Below, one piece after another: positions 1 through 8,625 of a stretch of DNA of 64,000 bases. Every line of letters begins with the position of its first letter. The stretch's first letter is position 1. The notes beneath the pieces are model-generated. The model ran no database searches. It was not told the DNA's origin and saw only the letters and a list, made by a program, of their open reading frames with translations. The DNA comes from an uncultured delta proteobacterium (GTDB taxonomy: Bacteria; Desulfobacterota; Binatia; UBA9968). Location of the stretch: assembly GCA_963847445.1 (NCBI GenBank), contig CAWJZV010000025.1, forward strand, positions 32,001-96,000, read 5' to 3'. The translations under genes were made by a program, and so were the position numbers.

Positions 1-17
1 TGTTTGGCAATCTGTTC

Positions 18-1082
18 ATGCGCTTACTCTTGGCTTTGGCCGCCGCCACGGCAGCGGTTCCCGCCACTGTGGCGCACGCGGCGACGGTGGAAGAAATCGC
101 CTTGATGAAATCGCCCAATCGCGAAAAGATCCTCATCGAAGGCGCGAAGAAAGAAGGTAAGATAACCTTCTACACCGGACTGATCGTCGACCAGGTGGTG
201 CGGCCGGTGAAGGATGCCTTCGAAAAGGAATATCCGTTTCTCCAAATCGAGTTTTTTCGCGCCAACGCCGACCGTCTGGCTCAGCGGGTGTTGGCTGAGC
301 ACCAAGCTAAACGCTATGAGGTCGATGTTGTCAGCGGCAGCGCCGCCGCGACCATGTTGCAGCGCGCCGGGCTGATGCAGCGTTTCTACTCGCCGCCCAT
401 CGCCGAGTATCCGCGCGAACTGAAAGACGCCAACGGTTTTTGGGGCAGCACCAACGTTTACTTCATGACGCTGGGCTACAACACGCGCAATGTGAAAGTC
501 GCCGAGCTGCCGAAGAGCTATGAAGACTTGCTCAATCCACGCTGGAAAGGCCAAATGATGTGGTCCACCAGCCGGGGCTCGGGCGCGCCGCAATTCGTCG
601 GCAACATTTTCACCAGCATGGGTCAGGAAGCCGGCAAGGCTTATCTACAAAAATTGCGACAGCAAAACATCGCCAAGAGCACCGCCAGCGCGCGCCAGAT
701 ACTCGACCTGGTCATCGCCGGCGAGTATCCGCTGTCGATTCAAATCTTCAATCACCATGCTTTCATCAGCAAGGTCGCCGGCGCGCCGGTGGAGTGGCAC
801 CCCTTGGAGCCGGTGACCGCGACCAACAATTCCATCGGCATTGCCAAGACCGCGCCCCATCCGCATGCGTCGATGCTGTTTCTCGACTTCGTCCTTTCGC
901 GCAGAGGCCAGCGGGTGTTTCAAGCCGCCAATTACTTGCCGGCCCATCCCGAAGTTCCAGCGTTGCAAGCCGACCTAAAACCCGGCGTGCGCTTCAAGAA
1001 AGCGAATTATCTCAGCCCGGAGCTGCTCTACGACAAGAGCAATGAATGGGCGGATTATTTTGAAAAGGAGTTTTTGCGCTGA
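18..1082 (+). CDS. ABC transporter substrate-binding protein (AfuA/FbpA-like family)
   Basis: Signal peptide; LIEGAKKEGKITFYT, YNT..V....PKSYEDLLNPRWKG and APHPHASMLFLDFVLS motifs. Confidence 0.85.
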   Translation: MRLLLALAAATAAVPATVAHAATVEEIALMKSPNREKILIEGAKKEGKITFYTGLIVDQVVRPVKDAFEKEYPFLQIEFFRANADRLAQRVLAEHQAKRYEVDVVSGSAAATMLQRAGLMQRFYSPPIAEYPRELKDANGFWGSTNVYFMTLGYNTRNVKVAELPKSYEDLLNPRWKGQMMWSTSRGSGAPQFVGNIFTSMGQEAGKAYLQKLRQQNIAKSTASARQILDLVIAGEYPLSIQIFNHHAFISKVAGAPVEWHPLEPVTATNNSIGIAKTAPHPHASMLFLDFVLSRRGQRVFQAANYLPAHPEVPALQADLKPGVRFKKANYLSPELLYDKSNEWADYFEKEFLR

Positions 1083-1126
1083 GGGCGGGTGGTTTGACGA
1101 CTCGATAATTGTTCAATTCATACGGT

Positions 1127-1840
1127 ATGAAGACAACTCTTAGCGCTCCTGACATAGTCTTTGTACCGGAGACCAGGATTGGCTTTTGGTTTCTCGGCAC
1201 CCAGACTTGGACCACCCATGTTCTAAAAGTCGCACTTGACGATTTGGAACGACTGATGCCGCAACGCCAGCCATCCTATCCGATCGTGCTCGATGCGGGA
1301 TGCGGGCAAGGCAAGTCGTTCCGGCTGTTGATTGAGCATTTCTCGCCGCAGCGCTTGATCGGAGTCGACGCTGAAGTGAAATGTCTGCGACATGCCCAGG
1401 CCGAGGCGTTGAAAGAAAAAATTCCGATAGAATTGCGTCATTGCGATATCGCGGCCCTCGATATCGCCGATGCCAGCGTGGACCTGGTGTTTTGCCATCA
1501 AACCTTTCACCATCTATCGCGACAGCAAATGGCATTGGCGCAAATGTTTCGCGTGCTCAAACCCGGCGGACTATTGTTGTTCGCCGAATCGACTCGTGCC
1601 TATATCCACTCTTGGATCATTCGCCTGTTGTTTCGCCATCCGATGCATGCGCAGCGTAGCGCGGACGAATACCTGGCGATGATTCGCGATCAGGGTTTTA
1701 CTTTTGGCTCCCAGAATGTGTCGCTACCCTATCTGTGGTGGAGTCGATCGGATCTCGGCGCCTTCGAGTGGTTTGGTTTCGGCGTCCCGGCGCAGCGGGA
1801 AGAAACGCTGGTCAACCTCGTTGCTGTGAAACCTGGCTAA
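1127..1840 (+). CDS. Class I SAM-dependent methyltransferase
   Basis: VLDAGCGQG motif I, DLVFCHQTFHH, RVLKPGG; ATG at 1127 preferred over TTG at 1109. Confidence 0.85.
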   Translation: MKTTLSAPDIVFVPETRIGFWFLGTQTWTTHVLKVALDDLERLMPQRQPSYPIVLDAGCGQGKSFRLLIEHFSPQRLIGVDAEVKCLRHAQAEALKEKIPIELRHCDIAALDIADASVDLVFCHQTFHHLSRQQMALAQMFRVLKPGGLLLFAESTRAYIHSWIIRLLFRHPMHAQRSADEYLAMIRDQGFTFGSQNVSLPYLWWSRSDLGAFEWFGFGVPAQREETLVNLVAVKPG

Positions 1841-1995
1841 GTGGAAACTCGCTGCCAGGTGGGCAGCAACTGAGCCCGGAGATTTTCAATCTCAAGGGCA
1901 TCGCGTGGGTGGGTCGATTCGAGCAAGAGTGATTGCGCTGAGGGTGCGCAGATGGAGTCATGCTAAGTTGAGTTGCGCGTTGCCAAGCATGTTGA

Positions 1996-2430
1996 TTGAT
2001 GGGATATCTCGCTGTAGCTATGCTGTTTTCACAAATCACGCTTGTCGTGGCTACTGCTGCCTTGTTACCCGCTTGTATGTCACTGCGCCAGGAAATTTGT
2101 CGGAGCGAGGAGCAATCCGCCATTCATGATTCACTGTACTTCGGTACTGCCAAGCCAGATGGAGTGGTTACGGGAGAGGAATGGGCTCAATTCCTTGGAG
2201 ATGTCATCACTCCTCGGTTTCCGCAGGGGCTCACCGTGTTTCGAGCGTCGGGGCAGTGGAATATGGAAAATGGCACGATGGCTCGAGAGGCAACCTACGT
2301 GGTGCAAATTATTCATCCCAACGAGGAACGCTTCGAAAAGAATGTTCGAGAACTCGTCGCCGCCTACAAGGAACAATTTCAACAAGATTCGGTGCTTCGG
2401 GTGACGGCCCGTTCGTGCGTGTCGTTCTAG
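1996..2430 (+). CDS. DUF3574-family protein (probable lipoprotein)
   Basis: LYFG..KPDGVVT..EW..FL..VITPRFP.GLTV..A.GQW and YK..F.Q.SV patterns; LLPAC lipobox-like; start uncertain. Confidence 0.75.
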   Translation: MMGYLAVAMLFSQITLVVATAALLPACMSLRQEICRSEEQSAIHDSLYFGTAKPDGVVTGEEWAQFLGDVITPRFPQGLTVFRASGQWNMENGTMAREATYVVQIIHPNEERFEKNVRELVAAYKEQFQQDSVLRVTARSCVSF

Positions 2431-2669
2431 TCGCTATATGGCCGCGGCCGGAGCAAAACCTCGATCAGCGTAATGAAAATGGATCGCGAGATGGCCTTGA
2501 GGGGAGTCAGTTATCTAGCGATTCGCAAAGCGGCGGGAGTCGGGAGTCAGGGAGATCAAAATTCTGCACATTCGTTCAGGAGAAATTTTGAATTCGAATC
2601 AAGAAGCACAAATACGAAACGGCATAGCCAGCGGGCGTGAAAAAGCGCGCGCGCTAGAAGGAGAGAGAA

Positions 2670-3440
2670 ATGAATTCAGATAATGAAGACGTAAAACGCG
2701 AGGTGGCAGCGGCGAACCGAGTGCTGGCCAATCTTGGCTTAGCGACCGGGTTTGCCGCCGCCTTTGGCCACGCGAGTATGCGCATTCCCACCGAGCCCAA
2801 TCATTTTTTCGTCAAAGGACGCGAGTACGAGTACGACGCGCTGGCGGTGATGGAGGCCGATGACATGGTCATGTGCGACACCGAGGGATTCAAGATCGGC
2901 GGGCGCACCGGGTTGACGCAGTGCTCGGAAGTCAAGATCCACGCCTGCATTTACAAGACGCATCCGAACGTGCAGGCGGTCGTGCACGTGCATCCGCGCT
3001 ACACGATACTCATGAGCATCCTGACCGGCGGGCTCAGGCCGATGTGTCAGGAAGGCGCGCAGCTGGTGCAGCAGCCGTTGCCGATTTATCCCCACGTCAA
3101 GACGATTCAGAGCGACGCCGAAGGCATGGAGGTGGCAAATCTGTTGGGCGAGAGCCAAGCGATGCTGCTTTATGGCCACGGCGCGGTGACGACGGGAAAA
3201 AATCTGTCCGAAGCGGTGATGGGTATGGCATTTTTAGAAGAACAAGCACGGATGAATTACCTGGCCTATTGCGCTGAGGGCAAGGATTATAAAAGCTTGC
3301 CGGGTAACTTAATCGACGAGATGTCCAATCGCACACCGCTGTACGAACAGCCGCATTTCAAGGATGTCCTCAAAGGCCGCGCGCCGCAGCGTGACGGCAC
3401 ATGGAATTATCAGAAGCTGGCGGCGACCCGGAAGCCATAA
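2670..3440 (+). CDS. Class II aldolase/adducin family protein
   Basis: GHAS, SEVKIH..IY, VVHVH and GHG metal-binding motifs; AAGGAG RBS. Confidence 0.85.
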   Translation: MNSDNEDVKREVAAANRVLANLGLATGFAAAFGHASMRIPTEPNHFFVKGREYEYDALAVMEADDMVMCDTEGFKIGGRTGLTQCSEVKIHACIYKTHPNVQAVVHVHPRYTILMSILTGGLRPMCQEGAQLVQQPLPIYPHVKTIQSDAEGMEVANLLGESQAMLLYGHGAVTTGKNLSEAVMGMAFLEEQARMNYLAYCAEGKDYKSLPGNLIDEMSNRTPLYEQPHFKDVLKGRAPQRDGTWNYQKLAATRKP

Positions 3441-3485
3441 AAGCGTTCAATAAACAACGCAGAGGGTCGGTTCCCTCGGGATCGG

Positions 3486-4571
3486 TTACAGGCCGTAGAA
3501 CGTTTTGGCGTTGTCGTAAAGAATCTTCTGCACCGCGGTTTTCGAGATCTCGCCGGCGTCGGCACGTTCCTTGAGCAGGCGTGGAAACTCGTATTCCATC
3601 GACGAGTCGCGGTGGGTGTAGTCGGAGCCGACCATCAGGCTGTCTTCGCCGGCGACTTTCAAAATATACGGTAAGTCTTCGTCGACTTGGCAGGTGACGT
3701 ACATGCGGTTGGCTTTGAGCAAGTCGGATGACAGCGAGTAGCGGGCGAACTGGCTAAACGTGCCGGAGCCGTCGGCGGCTTTTTCCATGCGCCGTTTCAG
3801 TTCCCAGGCGATAAACGGGATCCACGAGCAGCCGGCTTCGATAATACCGAAGCGCAGCTTGGGATACTTCACCGGCAGTTGATGGCGGATGATGGTGTGA
3901 AACGCATGAACGGTCGGCAACTGCGAGCGCATGAACGAACCCAGCGAAAATTCCCGCGCCGGCACGAAGTCCGGTGTGCCCGAGCCGATGTGCACACAGA
4001 TCGGCAAGTCCAAACGATTGGCTTCCTCGTATAGAGGGGTGAAATACTGGTCAGCGGGCCATTTGCCGGCTTCCAAGTCGCCTTTCTTGAGAATACCGCA
4101 GGCGCCGTGATCTTTGGCGAACTGTAATTCTTTGATGGTCTCATCCATGTTCATCAGCGGCGGCAAACAGACCCAGCGCAAGCGGCCGTGGGACTCGGCG
4201 CAGCGGTCGGCGAGCCAGCGGTTATAGCTGCGCCGCAGGGCGGTGGACACTTCCGGGCGTTCGGTGGCTTCCATCAAAAATAGCGTCGGATAAAGCACTT
4301 GGACTTCCGTGCCCATGGCATCCATGTCGCGCAGCCGCGCCGGCACGTCGAGCAACTCGCGGGTCTCCACCGTGGTGCGGGTATTGCCGTCATCGCGCAC
4401 GAAGCGCATCTGGCGATGGCCGTCGACCAACCAGTAGCGGGCCGGCGTCTTCGACGGATCGACGCGGCTGGGATGTTGGGTGATCGGTTTGAAATCCTGC
4501 TCGAAGTCGCGGAGATATTCCCAGGTGGCTTCGGTCTCGTCGATATGGGTGTCGGCATCGATGATCGGCAT
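3486..4571 (-). CDS. Amidohydrolase (Amidohydro_2 / ACMSD-like)
   Basis: IIDADTH, CVHIG, IEAGCSW, GSDYTH motifs; start at MPIIDAD behind AAGGAG. Confidence 0.85.
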   Translation of the reverse strand: MPIIDADTHIDETEATWEYLRDFEQDFKPITQHPSRVDPSKTPARYWLVDGHRQMRFVRDDGNTRTTVETRELLDVPARLRDMDAMGTEVQVLYPTLFLMEATERPEVSTALRRSYNRWLADRCAESHGRLRWVCLPPLMNMDETIKELQFAKDHGACGILKKGDLEAGKWPADQYFTPLYEEANRLDLPICVHIGSGTPDFVPAREFSLGSFMRSQLPTVHAFHTIIRHQLPVKYPKLRFGIIEAGCSWIPFIAWELKRRMEKAADGSGTFSQFARYSLSSDLLKANRMYVTCQVDEDLPYILKVAGEDSLMVGSDYTHRDSSMEYEFPRLLKERADAGEISKTAVQKILYDNAKTFYGL

Positions 4572-4785
4572 GGCGTTGCTCCTTGGCAGATTCGCTTTTC
4601 TCGATTTTAACCACAAATCGGTTATGGTTGGCAAAGGGACAACCGAGAGAGAAAGTCGGTCTTTAGCACGAAGGCTGCCAAGGACATGAAAGTTTCAGAA
4701 GCGCACTCTTAGTATTGCTATCCAATAGCTAACACCAACATGTTTGTCATAGCGTGCGGCTTTAGTATTCCGGGAGTCGAAGATT

Positions 4786-4925
4786 CTCGGAATCGGAAAT
4801 TCCTCTCGCCAAGTCGCAAAGACGCCAAATTCGGAAAGGAAAAAAATAGGATTCTTAAGAACGTTCTTCACCATTCTATTTTCCGACCTTTGCGAGCTTA
4901 GCGCCTTTGCGAGAGATATTCCGAG
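4786..4925. repeat. Intergenic imperfect palindrome with 9-nt micro-repeat arms (CGCAAAG type)
   Basis: ctcgccaagtcgcaaagacgccaaattcggaaa pairs imperfectly with ttttccgacctttgcgagcttagcgcctttgcgagag. Confidence 0.7.
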
Positions 4926-5158
4926 TTTCGATTGCAGCTGTTCGCCGACAGGCGAACCTCTTTTCCCTAGCGTAGTCTGGGGAAAAGCGTGAATTACTAT
5001 CCGTGATAGTTTGCGCGGCTTGGGCAAATTTCTCGATGCGTCAAAGTCGAGAGGGCGGATTTCAAACCCGCTGTCGGCTGTTGCTGCGATGACGCGGTTG
5101 AATCCATGGGTTTACTCCAAAAGACACTTTGATATAGTCGGTGACCACGTGGTGAACT

Positions 5159-6331
5159 ATGGCTTCAATCCTGATCAAAAACATCGGCACGTTAGTTACG
5201 GGTAAGTTGGAAAGCCCGCTGCGGCAGGCGGACTCGATCTTTATTAAAGATGGTTTCATTGCGGCCATCGGCAGCGGTTTGCATCAAGCCGCCGACCAAA
5301 CCATTGATGCCCATGGCATCACTGCGGTTCCCGGTTTGATCGATTCCCATTCGCATCCCTCCATCGGTGAGTACACGCCGGCGCAGAATTCACTCGGCTG
5401 GATCACCAACTACATGCATGGAGGCGTGACCGCGCTGATCTCCGCCGGTGAGTTGCATCTGCCGGGACTGCCGCTGCCGCCGGACGCGCGCACGGCGTTG
5501 TCCGTCGCCATCGTCACCAAGAAGTGTTACGACAACCTGCGGCCGTCGGGGGTGAAAGTCCACGCCGGAACGTTGCTGCTAGTGCCGGGATTGACGGAAA
5601 AAGATTTCGACGAGATTCAATCTCTCGGCATCAAGCTGGTCAAATTCATTTTCTACGACTACAGCCTGTTGCCCAACGGCGAAGCCAACCGCTACGTCGA
5701 CTGGGCGCATGCCCGCGGCATCAAAGTTAAAATTCATTCCGGCGGCGTGTCGCGTTCCGGTGTGAGCCAGGTGGCCGGCTTCGACATGGTGCAGAAGATC
5801 AAACCGGACATCATCGGCCATATCACCGGCGGGCCGATTCCCATGCCTGAAGCGGACATGCTGCGCATCGCCAACGAAACCGAATGCTTCATGGAAATTT
5901 GTACTTCTGGAAATTACCGGCTGGCGCTGAGTCTCGCACGCGCAGTCACCGCCAACGGCCGTTACGACCGGGTGCTGATCGGCACGGACACACCCGGCGG
6001 CACCGGCGTCGTGCCGCGCGGTATTCTGCGCGAGATCGCTTTCATCTCTTCGGTGGGTGAAATTCCGCCGGAGAAAACCATCTGCATGGCCACCGGTAAT
6101 GTCGGCCGCGCCCATGGCTTGAATCTCGGCATTCTCGAAGAGGGGCGGCCCGCCGACGTCGTTTTGATGCACAAGATCACCGGGTCGGTGTCGACGGATG
6201 CGCTGGACTCATTCGCCAAGGGCGATCTGCCGGGGATTTCCTATGTGATCATCGACGGCGTCGTTCAAGTAGCCGGCCGCAGCCAGCAAACCCCGCCGCC
6301 CGAAGTGCTGGCCAACCAGTCTTGTTGTTAG
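5159..6331 (+). CDS. Enamidase-like amidohydrolase
   Basis: IKNIG..V.G.L.SP..QAD N-terminus, PGLIDSHSH, HGGVT.LISAG, RPSGVKVH, HSGG, HITGGP, GTD.P.GTG, GDLPGIS..IIDG; collinear with nicotinate-pathway enamidase as recalled. Confidence 0.8.
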   Translation: MASILIKNIGTLVTGKLESPLRQADSIFIKDGFIAAIGSGLHQAADQTIDAHGITAVPGLIDSHSHPSIGEYTPAQNSLGWITNYMHGGVTALISAGELHLPGLPLPPDARTALSVAIVTKKCYDNLRPSGVKVHAGTLLLVPGLTEKDFDEIQSLGIKLVKFIFYDYSLLPNGEANRYVDWAHARGIKVKIHSGGVSRSGVSQVAGFDMVQKIKPDIIGHITGGPIPMPEADMLRIANETECFMEICTSGNYRLALSLARAVTANGRYDRVLIGTDTPGGTGVVPRGILREIAFISSVGEIPPEKTICMATGNVGRAHGLNLGILEEGRPADVVLMHKITGSVSTDALDSFAKGDLPGISYVIIDGVVQVAGRSQQTPPPEVLANQSCC

Positions 6332-6337
6332 AGGAGA

Positions 6338-7324
6338 GTGATCGTGAGCGCTTGTGAATTTGGCGTGGGGTTATTTCCCACCGAACCATTAGAGAAAATG
6401 ATTCATCTGGCCAAGGTGAGCGAAGAGGTTGGCTTTAGCCATATCTGGGTCGGCGATTCGCATTTAATTTGGCGCGAAGCCTACATCAACATGACGGCAA
6501 TGATGCTCAACACCACCAAAGTGAAGTTGGGCACCGGCGTGACTAATCCATTGACGCGCCATCCGTCAGTGCTGGCCAGTGGCTACGCGACTCTGGAAGA
6601 ATATTCGCCGGGGCGAATGATTGTCGGCATCGGACTGGGCGACAGCTCGGTGGAAACCATGGGCATGAAGCCGTCGACGCTGGCGAACTTCGAAAAATCT
6701 CTCGAGCAAATGCGCCAGATTCTCGACGGCAAAGAGGCGCAGTTGCCGACCGGTAAGATCCACTTGCTGCATCCGACCAAGACTCGCGTGCCCATCTATA
6801 TCGCCGCCAGCGGGCCGAAGATGCTCGAGCTCTCCGGCCGCATCGCCGACGGCATCATTGTGCTGGTCGGAGTCGCCGACGATTACATCGCTGATGCTAA
6901 GGAGAAAATCGCCGCCGGCGCCAAGGCGGCGGGACGGAAGCTGGCAGATATTAATTTAGTTCTGTGGGTGCCTTGCGCAGTTTCGGAAACGGCGAACGCC
7001 AAAGACGCGGTCAAGGCCCATGTCGCCCGCGTGGTCGCCCATCCGCTGCCCTACGTGCTCGATCCCAACGAGCAGAAAATCTTACAAGAGATCCGCAAAA
7101 CCTACGACTACTACCATCACATGGATCAGCAGGCGAACCACGCCGATGTGATTCCCGATTGGCTGGTCGACAAGTTCGCCATCGCCGGCTCGGTGGCCCA
7201 ATGCAAAGCGCAGATCGAGCGCATCAAAAAAACCGGCGTCCAGCAAATCGCCATCATTCCCTACAGTCCGCCGGGCGGCAGCCGTGAAGAGACGATTCGC
7301 GGCTTCGCCAAGGCGATGAGCTGA
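6338..7324 (+). CDS. LLM-class oxidoreductase (Mer-like, possibly F420-dependent)
   Basis: LGTGVTNPLTRHP, GIGLGD, IYIAASGPKMLELSGRIADG; GAGGAG RBS; 6 bp after the enamidase-like gene. Confidence 0.85.
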   Translation: MIVSACEFGVGLFPTEPLEKMIHLAKVSEEVGFSHIWVGDSHLIWREAYINMTAMMLNTTKVKLGTGVTNPLTRHPSVLASGYATLEEYSPGRMIVGIGLGDSSVETMGMKPSTLANFEKSLEQMRQILDGKEAQLPTGKIHLLHPTKTRVPIYIAASGPKMLELSGRIADGIIVLVGVADDYIADAKEKIAAGAKAAGRKLADINLVLWVPCAVSETANAKDAVKAHVARVVAHPLPYVLDPNEQKILQEIRKTYDYYHHMDQQANHADVIPDWLVDKFAIAGSVAQCKAQIERIKKTGVQQIAIIPYSPPGGSREETIRGFAKAMS

Positions 7325-7482
7325 ACCTGCCAATCAAGCGCTTGCAGCGGGCGACGCGCTTTAAACAACTCGATCGAGAACTATGCTGCGAATTAGCTGA
7401 CAAGTTTGTTATTCAAAGCGCATTTTCGTACGGCGCTAGTGCCGGGAAGCCTTGTAATGCGCTGAATATCAACGTTTTCCTC

Positions 7483-7498
7483 TGGCACGTGTGTTGCT
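7483..7498 (+). promoter_or_regulatory. Sigma54 (-24/-12) promoter
   Basis: TGGCACG-TGTG-TTGCT is an exact match to TGGCACG-N4-TTGCW, upstream of the response regulator. Confidence 0.7.
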
Positions 7499-7670
7499 GC
7501 CTTCAAATTTCCGTAGTGGCGATCAAGTATCCCGAACCTATCCGCGATCAGGGATAAATCATATATTTTGGCCCAACGCTGTGCAGTTCCGAACGGATGA
7601 GACTCAGGGAAGTTTCGCTACAAACTTTGATCGGTAATGCCCGTCAAAAGAGATCCGGGAGAAATTAACC

Positions 7671-8366
7671 ATGAACGTACTTATTGTGGAGGATAATGCG
7701 ATTAGTGCTACAGTTTTGGAGCACACACTGGACAAACATGGTTACGACACGATCACGGCGCATGACGGGGAACAGGCATTGACATGTCTGGAGTCACACC
7801 CGGAGATTGACCTTGTCATCACCGATATCGTCATGCCCAACGCCGATGGGGTTGAATTGGTGCGCAGAATCAAGGAGCGCGAGGAATGGAATGACATCCC
7901 GATTCTGGTATGCACGTCGTTGCGGCCCGAGAGCGCAAACCACCGACTCCTGGGACAAGGGTCGAAGTATCTTTTCAAGCCGATCATAGCTTCTACTCTG
8001 ATCCAAAAAGTGAACGAAGCTTTCGCGCATAAACGGCAAGTCTTGCAAGACCCTGAGCTCACTAGGTCACAGATCGGCATTGACTCCGAAGCCTTTGCCG
8101 AGGTTCTGGACAAATTTTCTCAGACTGTGAGCGATGCAATCGTCCGACTAGAGAAGCGGGGTAAAGACGCCCTGGAGGAGCCGATGGATCTGAAAGATCT
8201 TTTGGAAGGAGCCAAGCTGATTAGAGCCGAGCGGCTAAGCGAGATTTTGACTAGTCTGGAACAGTGTTCAAATTGGCGGAAGCTGGAGATGTTCCGCTCC
8301 AAGCGGCCTTTTCTATTGAGGCAATTGAAGGCGATGCAATATCACCTTGAACTTTATACCCGCTGA
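7671..8366 (+). CDS. Response regulator (REC plus degenerate HPt-like C-terminus)
   Basis: VLIVEDN, VITDIVMP, CTS, FKP; helical C-terminal domain. Confidence 0.85.
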   Translation: MNVLIVEDNAISATVLEHTLDKHGYDTITAHDGEQALTCLESHPEIDLVITDIVMPNADGVELVRRIKEREEWNDIPILVCTSLRPESANHRLLGQGSKYLFKPIIASTLIQKVNEAFAHKRQVLQDPELTRSQIGIDSEAFAEVLDKFSQTVSDAIVRLEKRGKDALEEPMDLKDLLEGAKLIRAERLSEILTSLEQCSNWRKLEMFRSKRPFLLRQLKAMQYHLELYTR

Positions 8367-8625
8367 CGACCGCAGGGCAGACCGCAGGCTTCTGTCGAGC
8401 AATGAGACATTGCGCCAGTGGCACTGACGAACTCAAAAATGCCGACGCCTTTTTACGATCTAATCTTGCCAGCCTGCGCCGCGGCGCTCGTGCAGCAAGC
8501 GCTGAATACGATTGCCTGGAGCCATAGAGCCAAGGAGGTTTGGGGTCTCAGGTGCGCTCACGTCCAGAGTCATTCGTCAATGGCGAAGCGGCGGTAGGGG
8601 TTTCCAAGATCGACGAGACTCGGTG

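Noticed and set aside
4695-5027. 110-aa ORF
   Set aside because: Translation of the palindromic repeat element; no protein features
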